DNA of 64,000 nt from Candidatus Collierbacteria bacterium GW2011_GWB2_45_17 (lineage in GTDB: Bacteria > Patescibacteriota > Microgenomatia > UBA1400 > MFAQ01). The stretch lies in assembly GCA_001001485.1 (NCBI GenBank), contig LCKO01000005.1, positions 3,552 to 67,551 of the forward strand. The letters run 5' to 3'. Below are positions 10,697 to 19,737 of this stretch, one piece after another (within the stretch, counting starts at the first letter, position 1; the number at the start of each line of letters is the position of its first letter). A program made the position numbers and the translations under genes. The notes beneath the pieces are model-generated. The model was not told where the DNA came from, searched no databases, and saw nothing but the letters and a program-made list of their open reading frames with translations.

Positions 10697-12706
10697 ATGT
10701 CACCTGAAAAAAGAAACCCCGAAAAAGTACTTGGTGAACTGGAACATATCCCTGTGGCAAGACTTCGAAAAATAATTCGAGAACAAATACGAGAGCATCC
10801 AAACTTTGTTCTCATTGGAGAAACCGGCTCCGGAAAGACGACCTGTCTACCACCTCTACTTCTCGAACTGAGGGACGAACTGGGACTCACCGGCAAGATT
10901 GGCGTCACTCAACCCAGACGAGTAGCCACCAGAAGCGTGACTACTAGAGTTTCAGACATGATGGGCTGTGATGTGGGGGGATCAGTCGGCTATCATGTGC
11001 GATTTGAAGATTTTACCTCTGACAGTACCGACATTACTTTTATGACCGATGGTATTCTCCTGAGAAAAATTCAATTTGATCCTTTTCTTTCCGAGTTCTC
11101 TATTATCATGATCGATGAAGCGCACGAACGCAGTTTAAACATCGATCTTTGCCTCGGGTTATTAATCGATGTCAACAATACTCGTATCGGCACAGGCATG
11201 GAACCTCTTAGACTGGTCATCACCTCCGCCACCATCGAGAGAAATAAGTTCGCCGAATACATCGGTTTAGAAGATAAAGATAACTCGACTGAAATACCCG
11301 GGAAAATGTTTCCCGTAAAAGTATTTTACGAACCAGAAATCCCGTGGAGATATGACTATATGAAGGCCGCCGCCGATAAGGTGGAGTACCTATTAGAAAA
11401 TCATCTGGACGGAGATGTTCTCATCTTTATGCCTGGAAAAAAGGAAATTAACACCACCGTCGAATATTTAAAAGCTCTGACCAATAGAACTAAGCTGGAT
11501 ATTCTTCCTCTTCACGCGGAGTTGTCACCGGAAGAACAAGACAGGATTTTTTTACCCTCAAAAAATCGAAAGGTCATCGTCTCAACCAACATCGCTGAAA
11601 CATCGGTCACCATTGACGGTATCGTTCACGTTATCGACTCCGGCTTGATCAAACAAACCAGTTTTGATCCCAAAACAGGCATCGAGCAACTAATTTTGGT
11701 AGAACACGCTCTCAGTGGTCTAGACCAAAGAAAAGGTCGAGCGGGAAGAACCGCCCCCGGATATTGTTATCGATTGTTTACCGAGGACAGTTTGAGGCGT
11801 CGAAAAAAATTTCCATCCCCGGAAATAGAACGTTCTAATTTAAGTCAGGTAGTTCTAGCTATGAAAAAGGTTGGTATAGAAGATATTGAAAAGTTTAACT
11901 TTATCGATCCTCCCAATCGCGGAGCCATTCATCAAGCCATCAAAAATCTCACTTTATTAGGTGCTCTGGACGGAAGGGGGAAGATAACCAAAATAGGTGA
12001 GTTTATGGTCGATCTGGGGATTGATCCAAGGCTGGGACGGATGGTTATCGAAGCCACTAGACCGGATAGCTATTGTCTCAACAAGATCTGCACTATCGCT
12101 TCTTTTTTGGATGGAAAAAATATCTTCATTCGTCCGGAAGAAATCACTCAGGAAAGAGAAGCTAAGCGTCTCCATGAGAGATATAAAAAGGAAAAGGATT
12201 CGGACTTTATGGTTATTCTTAATATCTGGAACGCGTATGTCAAAAGCGGTTATGATAGTGACTGGGCCAAAGCCAATTATTTAAACGAGAAAACTCTGGA
12301 AGAAGCCAGAAAAGTTCGCTTGGAACTGCTGGATGTCTTGAAAAATCACCACTTATCGGTAGATGACAGTTTAAAACACAAGGTAAATGAAGACTCACTG
12401 GGGAAAGCCATTACTGCTGGCTTAATTACCAACCTCATGAAATACTCCGGCCGATCATGCTATCGAAAGCTGGATAATACCAAGGAAGATATTCATATTC
12501 ACCCTGGATCAATCTATTTTAGACAAAATCTTGGACCGCAGGCTATTTTGGTCTCCGACGAAATATTTATTAACACTCATGGCAAGGCCTATGCCAGCAA
12601 CTGTCTTCTGGTCAAGCCCGAGTGGATCCGTGAGCTCGCTCCACATTTAATGGGACAGATACTCAGCCGTCCCTCACGTAAAAACGTCTTCCGCCGCCAC
12701 CGCTAA
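10697..12706 (+). CDS. DEAH-box ATP-dependent helicase (HrpA/HrpB-like)
   Basis: Walker A GETGSGKTT, 'IDEAHERS' DEAH box, HA2/OB C-terminal region. Confidence 0.8.
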   Translation: MSPEKRNPEKVLGELEHIPVARLRKIIREQIREHPNFVLIGETGSGKTTCLPPLLLELRDELGLTGKIGVTQPRRVATRSVTTRVSDMMGCDVGGSVGYHVRFEDFTSDSTDITFMTDGILLRKIQFDPFLSEFSIIMIDEAHERSLNIDLCLGLLIDVNNTRIGTGMEPLRLVITSATIERNKFAEYIGLEDKDNSTEIPGKMFPVKVFYEPEIPWRYDYMKAAADKVEYLLENHLDGDVLIFMPGKKEINTTVEYLKALTNRTKLDILPLHAELSPEEQDRIFLPSKNRKVIVSTNIAETSVTIDGIVHVIDSGLIKQTSFDPKTGIEQLILVEHALSGLDQRKGRAGRTAPGYCYRLFTEDSLRRRKKFPSPEIERSNLSQVVLAMKKVGIEDIEKFNFIDPPNRGAIHQAIKNLTLLGALDGRGKITKIGEFMVDLGIDPRLGRMVIEATRPDSYCLNKICTIASFLDGKNIFIRPEEITQEREAKRLHERYKKEKDSDFMVILNIWNAYVKSGYDSDWAKANYLNEKTLEEARKVRLELLDVLKNHHLSVDDSLKHKVNEDSLGKAITAGLITNLMKYSGRSCYRKLDNTKEDIHIHPGSIYFRQNLGPQAILVSDEIFINTHGKAYASNCLLVKPEWIRELAPHLMGQILSRPSRKNVFRRHR

Positions 12707-12715
12707 CTTTCTTAG

Positions 12716-12757
12716 GGCCAGGCCTTAGAGGGTCCCAGATCTGCAAGGCCTGGCCCT
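12716..12757. terminator. Bidirectional hairpin between convergent genes
   Basis: GGGCCAGGCCTT ... AAGGCCTGGCCC is a perfect 12-bp inverted repeat between the helicase and Nudix gene ends. Confidence 0.45.
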
Positions 12758-12771
12758 GTTGAACTCCATCA

Positions 12772-13461
12772 TCAATCCGTATACACGATCTCCTTCTTCT
12801 TAAACCGATACAGCTCCGCCGGTCGGTGAGCTCCGCCTGAGGACTTTACCCCCACCGGTAGCAGTAAATCAATCGAAAGCATTTTTTTACGAAAGTTTCT
12901 TTTATCAAGCGATTTATTAAGGATAACTTCATAAACATTCTGCAAATCAGTCAAGGTAAAATGATCGGGTAACAAACCAAAGCTGATATTGGTGTACCCC
13001 AGCTTACTTCGAAGTCTCTCCAAGCCGTAAAGGAAAATATCTTGGTGGTCAAAGGCCAGTTTGGGAAGATCGGCAATGGGAAAAAATTCTGCCTGGTAAA
13101 CATCACCAGAAGCTCGCAAAGACCAATGTGACTTGGTTACCAGAGCCATATAGGTTACCGAAATTACTCTAGTCCTTGGGTCGCGTTTTGGACTGCCAAA
13201 GGTATAGAGCTGTTCCAGGTAGACATTTTTTACTCCGCTTTCCTCTTCCAGCTCTCTCACAGCCGCTTCGTCCAGAGACTCGTTCATCTTCACAAATCCA
13301 CCTGGAAGTGACCAAGAGTCCTTAAAGGGCTCGTCTTTTCTACGAACCAATAAGATCTTAAGGTGGTCGGAATCAATTGTAAATAACAACACATCTACGG
13401 CCAAAGACGGTCTGTCATATTTAGTCACATCATATCCTTTTACCATGTGTCCATTATACAC
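12772..13461 (-). CDS. nrtR: NrtR-like Nudix-related transcriptional regulator (Nudix + C-terminal winged helix)
   Basis: Nudix box GGFVKMNESLDEAAVRELEEESG; C-terminal 'FTLTDLQNVYEVILNKSLDKRNFRKK', which resembles the NrtR wHTH signature. Confidence 0.55.
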   Translation of the reverse strand: MYNGHMVKGYDVTKYDRPSLAVDVLLFTIDSDHLKILLVRRKDEPFKDSWSLPGGFVKMNESLDEAAVRELEEESGVKNVYLEQLYTFGSPKRDPRTRVISVTYMALVTKSHWSLRASGDVYQAEFFPIADLPKLAFDHQDIFLYGLERLRSKLGYTNISFGLLPDHFTLTDLQNVYEVILNKSLDKRNFRKKMLSIDLLLPVGVKSSGGAHRPAELYRFKKKEIVYTD

Positions 13462-13471
13462 TAAGAACTAG

Positions 13472-15049
13472 CTACTTTCCAGACGCCTCAATCTCAGTTA
13501 GCATTGCTTTTGATTGCCACAGTTTTGGGTTCAGTCGCAACGCTTCGGTAAAACCTTGTTTAGCTTTTTCCACGTCACCTAGCTTCAGATAGGAGTTTGC
13601 TCGATTGTGAACAGCGTCAGCGTAGAGTGGATTAAGTTCGATTGCTTTGGTAAATTCCTCAATTGATTTCACCAAGTTCCCCTGATTGGCATAGGCGTCT
13701 CCCAAATTATTATGATTTTGCGAGCTACTTGGAGAAATAAATTCCGCCGAAAACCAGAGGGTGTCGGCCGTTCTCCAGTCTCGAATTCGGTCCAGACTTC
13801 TCAAAGACATCGCCAAAACTACCACCCCGACAAAAACATAAAGTGTTTTATTCCATCTTTTATTTGAAAACAAACTATCAAGACAGATAGCTAAAATCAC
13901 CGCCAAACCTGCAAACATCAAATAGGCATATCTTTCAGCTACGAGCGACCCTACTCGAATGGGCAAGAGTAACAACAGTAGAGACGAAATCGAAAATACC
14001 ATCCAAAACCATACGTCTCGATTCCTTTTACTCACCATCATTAGGCACCAACCGACAATTACTGTCAGACTGCCATATTTAAGTAAGTTAGGAAGACTCA
14101 AGTCCAGTTCCGAGTGATACAATGTCAATCCAGCCGGCCACAAATATAACCAAATATAATAACCAATGGTGATCAAAAATTTAGAAATTGGATTGTCCCA
14201 TGATCCAATAGTGGTGTAGTTCTCAATTTTTAAAACCTCAATCCGTTCTCCCAGTACCGACAACATTTCCAACCCTCTCACCAAAGCCAGTCCGAACCAG
14301 GCGATAAGAAGCCACCGTTTTGTTACAAGTTTGCCTCTATACCAGTCCCACCAGAGTAACAACAGTGGTAGAAAAACGTATTTTTCGTTTGACATCAACG
14401 TCATCGTCCACAAGCCGATTTCTGTAAAATTTTTAAGTGGAGTGCGCTTGTCGTCTAGATGAAGATACAAACTCCCCATGGCCAGCATTCCCCCTAACGC
14501 ATAAGGCATACCCGAAATCCACACCACGGACTCCAGAATGGGTGGGGCTACGATAAAAAAAAGACAAGCCATCATGGCTGTTCGAAATGGGTTTGATCTT
14601 CGAACGATCAAAAAAAGCAACGTCGATGTTACCAGATGAAAAACAATATTTGCCAAACGGAAAGCCCAAGGCATCACTCCAAAGGTATTTGCTATCAGAA
14701 AGTGAACCATATTTGCCCAAAATCCGAGAATGGCGTGTGTGGCAAGGCTCCATGTTCCTAATTGGGGGTTGTTCAGAATCGCCGGAATATCATCGGAGAC
14801 AAAGGCGTTTCCCAGGCTGGTAGAAAGTACCAAAAAAGCCATCACCAAAACTACCCCTAAAATTTGTACTTCGTAACTCTGAGGAACAAACATTTCCTCT
14901 TTTATACCCAGTAAATCTCTTGCCTCACTTACCGAAATCTCTAAATGATCGGCAATTTCTACCGCACCAAGCTTATACTTGTGTTTTTTAAACCACTTTT
15001 TCTGTTTAGTACTTAGTTGAATCTCCATTTGCCTCACACCTTCAATCAT
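13472..15049 (-). CDS. GT-C fold PMT/ArnT-like membrane glycosyltransferase with C-terminal TPR repeats
   Basis: More than 10 TM helices, DD loop motif (VSDDIPAIL), three C-terminal TPRs; the N-terminal 50 aa look like a fused HTH and the true start may be the internal MFVPQ. Confidence 0.5.
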   Translation of the reverse strand: MIEGVRQMEIQLSTKQKKWFKKHKYKLGAVEIADHLEISVSEARDLLGIKEEMFVPQSYEVQILGVVLVMAFLVLSTSLGNAFVSDDIPAILNNPQLGTWSLATHAILGFWANMVHFLIANTFGVMPWAFRLANIVFHLVTSTLLFLIVRRSNPFRTAMMACLFFIVAPPILESVVWISGMPYALGGMLAMGSLYLHLDDKRTPLKNFTEIGLWTMTLMSNEKYVFLPLLLLWWDWYRGKLVTKRWLLIAWFGLALVRGLEMLSVLGERIEVLKIENYTTIGSWDNPISKFLITIGYYIWLYLWPAGLTLYHSELDLSLPNLLKYGSLTVIVGWCLMMVSKRNRDVWFWMVFSISSLLLLLLPIRVGSLVAERYAYLMFAGLAVILAICLDSLFSNKRWNKTLYVFVGVVVLAMSLRSLDRIRDWRTADTLWFSAEFISPSSSQNHNNLGDAYANQGNLVKSIEEFTKAIELNPLYADAVHNRANSYLKLGDVEKAKQGFTEALRLNPKLWQSKAMLTEIEASGK

Positions 15050-15171
15050 ATACCAGCCACAAATTGATCTTCATCTTCGTCGCACCGGAATACATCGGAA
15101 CGTACGTGATCTACATTCCCTACGAGACACTACTTGATCTAACTCTCAGGTGTCCAATTATGGGCACCTTT

Positions 15172-15308
15172 TTATAACAAAACTTCTAGTTATTGGCCCT
15201 GCCTGCCGGTTTACCCGCCGGTAGGCGGGTTCTCTCAACACATGGTTCAAATTAACAATCTCGCCATAAAATACCCACTGATTAAGAGAATATTTTACCA
15301 GTGGGTAT
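15172..15308 (+). repeat. 5' GC-rich structured module, copy A (shortened)
   Basis: Shares blocks with the copies at 16327 and 48716 (ttataacaaaa, agttattggc, gcctgccgg, a hairpin CCCGCCggtaGGCGGG, ctctcaacacatgg, cgccataaaata, a hairpin ATACCCACTG/CAGTGGGTAT, ttgagacagcat); ends at the start codon of the downstream gene. Confidence 0.7.
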
Positions 15309-16222
15309 TTGGTACTTGAGACAGCATATGACCTTACGGTCAAAGTGCCTCATACAACAATTCGTGCAATTAATTATCGGTTTATAATTAACAAACATAT
15401 GACTAAAGGTGAAAAACTCAAACATTTGCAAATGTACTTCAATCCCAACACTGTGGAATCATTTTCAAAACTAGAACAAAACGAAAAGAACTACATGGTT
15501 GCGGAAGCAGTAGATAGAATTATTATTAATGAGATAAAAGATATACCCAATCCCTTGATGGTGGCCGAACTAGGGGGAGGAGCTCATCCTGATAGATATG
15601 AGGCTCTCTTTAAAAATTGCTTCAAGAACCTAACGGTCATATCGATTGGATTGATGTTTCAGAATTGATGTTGGAGCAAGCCAAACGGTATTTGCGAGAG
15701 ACAAATCTGGAAGAACGTAACAAAGTAATTTCCTTTATTGAAATGGAAATATTGGACTATCTGAGTACCTTGGGTGACAACAGTCTTGACTTGGTTATTA
15801 TGAAGTATACTTTTGAACACATTGAGAATATTGATCAACTATTTTCATTACTTAGTCACAAACTTAAAAAAAATGGTAGGTTTGTTGCCACTCTGAGCAG
15901 TCTTAGTCCTCAACTAAAAAGTTCATCTACAAATGCACGATTTCTTTACAATGGTCAAGAATTTCCTCTAGATGAAACTAGAGAAATGACAGATGGTGAC
16001 ACTTTTACGATTCGTTTCTATAAACAATCCGGAAACCCCAGTGCGGGACATTTGGAAGGCGCAGAGACAACAAAATATTATCATTCAGAAAATAAGATGA
16101 AAGATCTTTCTCGGAAATACAACCTTGATATTCAGGTTGGTGATTGGAAAGAGATCGAAGGTGTTAGTCAAGGCAATCTCGAACAACTAAGCTTGGGAGT
16201 CTTGGTACTTAGAAAAAGATAA
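15309..16222 (+). pseudogene. Class I SAM-dependent methyltransferase interrupted by a 1-nt frameshift
   Basis: ORF 15309..15668 carries motif I (VAELGGGAHP); a second ORF starting at the track's TTG at 15617, in another frame, carries the post-I 'IDWIDVSELMLEQAK', motif II LDLVIMKYTFEHI and motif III KKNGRFV; the frames switch near 15630-15650. Confidence 0.5.
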
Positions 16223-16304
16223 ACAACTTACGGGAGAGTTAAAAAAGCCCTTCGCATCGCTCCGTGCGTGGGCGGGCGCACGGGCGATATCCCAGAAATC
16301 TGGG
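16218..16304 (+). repeat. 3' module: conserved GC hairpin (copy 1)
   Basis: gataaacaacttacgggagagttaaaaaagcccttcgcatcgctccgtgcgtgggcgggcgcacgggcgat is near-identical to 19483..19553; stem ATCGCTCCGTGCG/CGCACGGGCGAT; followed by the hairpin CCCAGAaatTCTGGG. Confidence 0.75.
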
Positions 16305-16326
16305 CGAAACTTCTTTGAGGTGAGGT

Positions 16327-16846
16327 GTTACAACGAAATTCGAACTTATTTTCGGGACCATTACTAGTTATTGGCTCACCGCTCGGCAAAATTGCCTCGC
16401 GGTTCGCCAACCCCGCCTGCCGCGGGGTATACCGTCGCGCGACACCACTGCCTGCCGGCAGGTCACCTCCAACTGCGGTTGTCAGTGAGCCATACGAACT
16501 CGGTATCCCGCCCTCGTCGTCAATGTGAGTTTCGATACTTCGAACCAAAGCAATCTCACTCCACTGACTCTCGGTCGGAATGAATTTCTCTACGAGCTAG
16601 CGCCAGCTATCGCTGTCGCATCTTTATGTTCGTCCGCCTAGGCGGACGAAGCTCTCAACATATGGCTCGAATTTCAATCTCGCCATAAAATACCCACAGA
16701 TAGGAAACCTATTTTATCAGTGGGTATTAAATCCTTGAGACAGCATTGGCCTATGGGCCAAGTGCTTGCTTCGCAGGCACAGATTCAAGATAGCGACTGG
16801 TTTATAATGTGCGTAAACAATAATAACAAACCCTTTCATTCTAACT
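16327..16846 (+). repeat. 5' GC-rich structured module, copy B (full length)
   Basis: About 520 nt, GC-rich, homologous to 48716..49239 in conserved blocks, with sequence-variable hairpins between them; abuts the ATG at 16847. Confidence 0.8.
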
Positions 16847-17518
16847 ATGAATATAGACGAATTAATAATTAAACTCTCAATAGGTGATAAGCAAGAAATA
16901 AAAGAGGCAATTTGTTATATTGAAAAATTACCCAAAATAAGCAAAGAGAGAGTTCCTTCTGAGTACAAAGAATTACTGTTTTGGGCATTTAGAAATTATA
17001 GTTGTGTAAAAAGCTCGGTGCACAAGGTTGCTATTCTCAAGGGACTCAAATCACCATTTATGTACCTAGGGGCAAGGTATTATGAAGAATGTTCGGAATT
17101 TTTACTTCAAACCATACAAAGTTCGGACGGCAATATCAGAGAGCAAACCTATCATGCAGTCAATTGGTTTCTGACAGATATTACACCAAATGAGTTGTCC
17201 AGAAGAAAGAAAGATTATGAAAGACAGAAGGGTTGGTTGGTTGACTTTGTCATCAGATTAAACCAAGTTGCCAAAGAACACAAAGTCGAAGCAAAGGGGC
17301 TGCTTTATCTGAACGAAATGAGACCTTGTCCGTACAAATCGATCCAAAAAATACTAAGAAGAATTCTTACTAGCGAATGGTATCTGGAGATTATTCACCT
17401 GGCAGGATACGTTGAGCACCCTCACACACTGAGATTTTTGAAGATGAAAGATATGATTTTTGGGAAATTACTCCGCTTCAACTCGAACTTCACGAAACGC
17501 AATTCACCATGGAGATAA
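16847..17518 (+). CDS. Hypothetical protein (all-alpha, 223 aa)
   Basis: Long ORF directly after module B; no recognisable motif. Confidence 0.5.
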   Translation: MNIDELIIKLSIGDKQEIKEAICYIEKLPKISKERVPSEYKELLFWAFRNYSCVKSSVHKVAILKGLKSPFMYLGARYYEECSEFLLQTIQSSDGNIREQTYHAVNWFLTDITPNELSRRKKDYERQKGWLVDFVIRLNQVAKEHKVEAKGLLYLNEMRPCPYKSIQKILRRILTSEWYLEIIHLAGYVEHPHTLRFLKMKDMIFGKLLRFNSNFTKRNSPWR

Positions 17519-17540
17519 GAAAGGGTATAAAATAATCCTG

Positions 17541-17729
17541 ATGGACGAGAAGAAAACTAAATTTTACCAGTCTTACGCGAACCTTCCTCTAGAACTGCGT
17601 TCAGAGATATGCATCGTCATTGACGGTGAGCCGATAACATGGAATATAGCAAAGTTCGAGCTAGATAATGGTACAACCAAAGGACTTGAGATTCTTCAAA
17701 AATTATTTGATCTAAACATTCTAAAATGA
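17541..17729 (+). CDS. Hypothetical small protein (about 62 aa)
   Basis: Track ORF 17460..17729 overlaps the upstream gene; the internal ATG at 17541 (MDEKKTKF) is the more likely start. Confidence 0.35.
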   Translation: MDEKKTKFYQSYANLPLELRSEICIVIDGEPITWNIAKFELDNGTTKGLEILQKLFDLNILK

Positions 17730-17959
17730 CGCAAAAAATAACTGATGATGAAATAAGGAGCTTGGTTATCGAAAGACTCAAGTCTATCTCGGATGAATCA
17801 AGCTTGATGATTGGTGGCGATAAAAAACTTTCAAAGTCAGACATGATAAAAAGTGTCCAAAATGGTGACGATACGGGAAAAAAAATCATCGATATGCAAA
17901 TGACATATCTGAGAGATCTGGCGAGTGGAAAATTGATGGAAAATATAATGTCACTTTAA
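17726..17959 (+). CDS. Hypothetical small protein (77 aa)
   Basis: ATGA overlap with the upstream ORF; co-oriented, tightly packed operon. Confidence 0.4.
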   Translation: MTQKITDDEIRSLVIERLKSISDESSLMIGGDKKLSKSDMIKSVQNGDDTGKKIIDMQMTYLRDLASGKLMENIMSL

Positions 17960-17963
17960 AATT

Positions 17964-18605
17964 ATGGCCGGAATTATTATCACTCGGCCAAACCACGATC
18001 AAATTACCACCTATATTTCTTTATGGTCAGAGGCAGTGATTTTGTTCGCCAAAACAAAAGGGCACTCCATATTCGATTTGTTTAGCAAGAAAGCAGATCG
18101 AAAGTCGTTAGAACAATATCTTACAACCAACAATCTAAGTTTTTTATTTCTGAACGGACACGGATCTTCAGATGAAATTTGTGGGTACAACGATGAAGTC
18201 TTACTCGACGATGAAACCCAACCCACTCTCATTCTAGGTTTAATAATATACGCCAGAAGTTGTAATGCCGGTGAAAATCTAGGTCAGATATTAGTTACCA
18301 AGGGAGTCAAAGCTTTTATCGGTTACACAAAGTCTTTTTCTTTTGCTACTAGTAATAAATTTGTCTTCAGACCCAAAGAAGACCCACTAGCTAGATTATT
18401 TCTAGAACCCTCAAATCTTGTGGCAACCACTATCATCAAAGGGAACACTGTCCAAGAAGCCCACCAAAGGTCAGTATTGGAGATGAGAAAGACGCTTTCC
18501 GAAATGATTCTGTCCAATATTCCAAATAAAAAGGATTACGCATTTGCGCTTTACAACAACATGCTTGGTCAGACTGTAATTGGGGACGGGCAGGCCAAGA
18601 TATAA
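17964..18605 (+). CDS. Caspase-like clan CD cysteine peptidase (C14/CHAT-like core)
   Basis: His block 'FLFLNGHGSSDE' and Cys block 'LIIYARSCNAGE' lie 48 residues apart, each after a hydrophobic beta-strand; an N-terminal hydrophobic strand precedes them. Confidence 0.5.
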   Translation: MAGIIITRPNHDQITTYISLWSEAVILFAKTKGHSIFDLFSKKADRKSLEQYLTTNNLSFLFLNGHGSSDEICGYNDEVLLDDETQPTLILGLIIYARSCNAGENLGQILVTKGVKAFIGYTKSFSFATSNKFVFRPKEDPLARLFLEPSNLVATTIIKGNTVQEAHQRSVLEMRKTLSEMILSNIPNKKDYAFALYNNMLGQTVIGDGQAKI

Positions 18606-18611
18606 GACAGT

Positions 18612-19397
18612 ATGGATTTAATTGCAGATATTAAAGATGTAGTATTTTTCCAAGATTTCTTGGCATTTTTAAGGTATCTTGAAAGACAACCAATTTCCAA
18701 AACAGTGAAGGGTAACATATCCAGAAAAGACATTGTTTCTTTGGCTGACACAATGAAGTGTATTAAAGATAGAATTGCTGAATATTCTAAATATGACTGG
18801 AAAATAGTCGGCGAATGGCAGTTAAAGGATATCGACAAAATCAAGAAAATAGCCGAGGTAATGTTTTTGACCTACAACAGAAAGGAAAAATTGCTTTTAT
18901 CAAAAAACGGCAGAGGTTACATTAACCATAATGATAGGTTGATTCAGTACAAAGAGATGGTCCTTCACTATTTTGAGAGATTGAGTTGGGACTATTTTCA
19001 TCCAAGCATGGATACAAGGAACAGTATTCCATTTTTGGATGTTCTCCAAGCAAGTCAAAATATTTTGTGGCGAATATTTTTATCAAACGGAACAAAATGG
19101 ATTGAGTTCAAACAATTTCAAGAATCGCTAATAAACAACTTTTGTATAGATGATTGTATCGATTCAGAGGATACTTACAATGGAGCATATCAGGCGGATA
19201 TAGAACACGGATTTCTTCGTCCTCTACTTGAGTTTGGCTGTATTGATACTGAGACTGAAGTAATTTCGCAACGTTTAGAATTTACTAGAATAACAAAATT
19301 TCGACCTACAAATCTTGGTTTGTATATTTTTAGAGAAGAAGTAGAGAATTCTCTCTACACAGGTACTTGTCCCATCAGAGATTTGTGGAAAAAATAA
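18612..19397 (+). CDS. Hypothetical protein (261 aa)
   Basis: Last gene of the 5-gene island; no recognisable motif. Confidence 0.5.
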   Translation: MDLIADIKDVVFFQDFLAFLRYLERQPISKTVKGNISRKDIVSLADTMKCIKDRIAEYSKYDWKIVGEWQLKDIDKIKKIAEVMFLTYNRKEKLLLSKNGRGYINHNDRLIQYKEMVLHYFERLSWDYFHPSMDTRNSIPFLDVLQASQNILWRIFLSNGTKWIEFKQFQESLINNFCIDDCIDSEDTYNGAYQADIEHGFLRPLLEFGCIDTETEVISQRLEFTRITKFRPTNLGLYIFREEVENSLYTGTCPIRDLWKK

Positions 19398-19482
19398 GGC
19401 GCAAAAAGTCGCGCGACCGGATACCACTGGCGAAGATTTGTGAATCTTCGCTAAAAACATCGGCTCGAACTACTTTTTGAAA

Positions 19483-19569
19483 GATAAACAACTTACTGGA
19501 GAATTAAAAAAGCCCTTCGCATCGCTCCGTGCGTGAGCGGGCGCACGGGCGATGGGTCAGAGTACTGAC
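19483..19569 (+). repeat. 3' module: conserved GC hairpin (copy 2)
   Basis: gataaacaacttactggagaattaaaaaagcccttcgcatcgctccgtgcgtgagcgggcgcacgggcgat, then the hairpin GTCAGagtaCTGAC and a T-run; lies between the island and the convergent tRNA-Glu. Confidence 0.75.
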
Positions 19570-19585
19570 GATTTTTTCTTAAAGG

Positions 19586-19658
19586 TGACCCCGGGCGGAT
19601 TCGAACCGCCGATATTCAGGATGAAAACCTGACGTCCTAACCACTAGACGACGGGGCC
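19586..19658 (-). tRNA. tRNA-Glu(TTC)
   Basis: Manual fold: acceptor GGCCCCG/CGGGGTC, anticodon loop TTTTCAT, T-loop TTCGAAT; coordinates +/-2. Confidence 0.85.
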
Positions 19659-19663
19659 GTGAG

Positions 19664-19737
19664 TGGGTCAGCCGGGACTCGAACCCGGGACACCCTGCTT
19701 AAAAGGCAGGTGCTCTAACCGACTGAGCTACTGACCC
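19664..19737 (-). tRNA. tRNA-Lys(TTT)
   Basis: Acceptor GGGTCAG/CTGACCC, anticodon loop CTTTTAA, T-loop TTCGAGT. Confidence 0.85.

Noticed and set aside
13472-15049. N-terminal HTH-like segment (LGAVEIADHLEISVSEARDLLG) as a separate small regulator gene upstream of the PMT/TPR protein
   Set aside because: It is in-frame with the membrane protein with no intervening stop and has no separate RBS or start evidence. It is kept as a possible N-terminal extension, or the start may simply be misplaced.
16228-16583. ORFs of 67-106 aa on both strands inside module B (and the analogous 48701..49093 ORFs inside module C), including a shared 'DDEGGIP' peptide
   Set aside because: The amino-acid similarity is confined to stretches where the DNA itself is conserved. 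Elsewhere the modules keep their hairpin pairing while the sequence changes, which gives no amino-acid conservation. High GC content produces long spurious ORFs. These are treated as non-coding.
16327-16846. Diversity-generating retroelement TR/VR pair (modules B versus C)
   Set aside because: There is no reverse transcriptase or Avd gene. The differences between copies are not adenine-specific. Both copies are intergenic rather than at the 3' end of a target gene.
16327-16846. RNase P RNA / SRP RNA / 6S / hammerhead ribozyme as the identity of the 5' module
   Set aside because: The conserved P4 motifs (GGAAAGUCCGGGCUCC / ACAGAAnCCGGCUUA) and the SRP domain IV motif are absent. A hammerhead CUGAUGA...GAAA core was not found. 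Three copies per 64 kb is also incompatible with single-copy housekeeping RNAs.
15172-19569. Integron gene cassettes / attC sites
   Set aside because: No intI is present in the window. The 3' hairpins lack the RYYYAAC/GTTRRRY core sites. A roughly 500-nt conserved 5' module is not a feature of integron cassettes.
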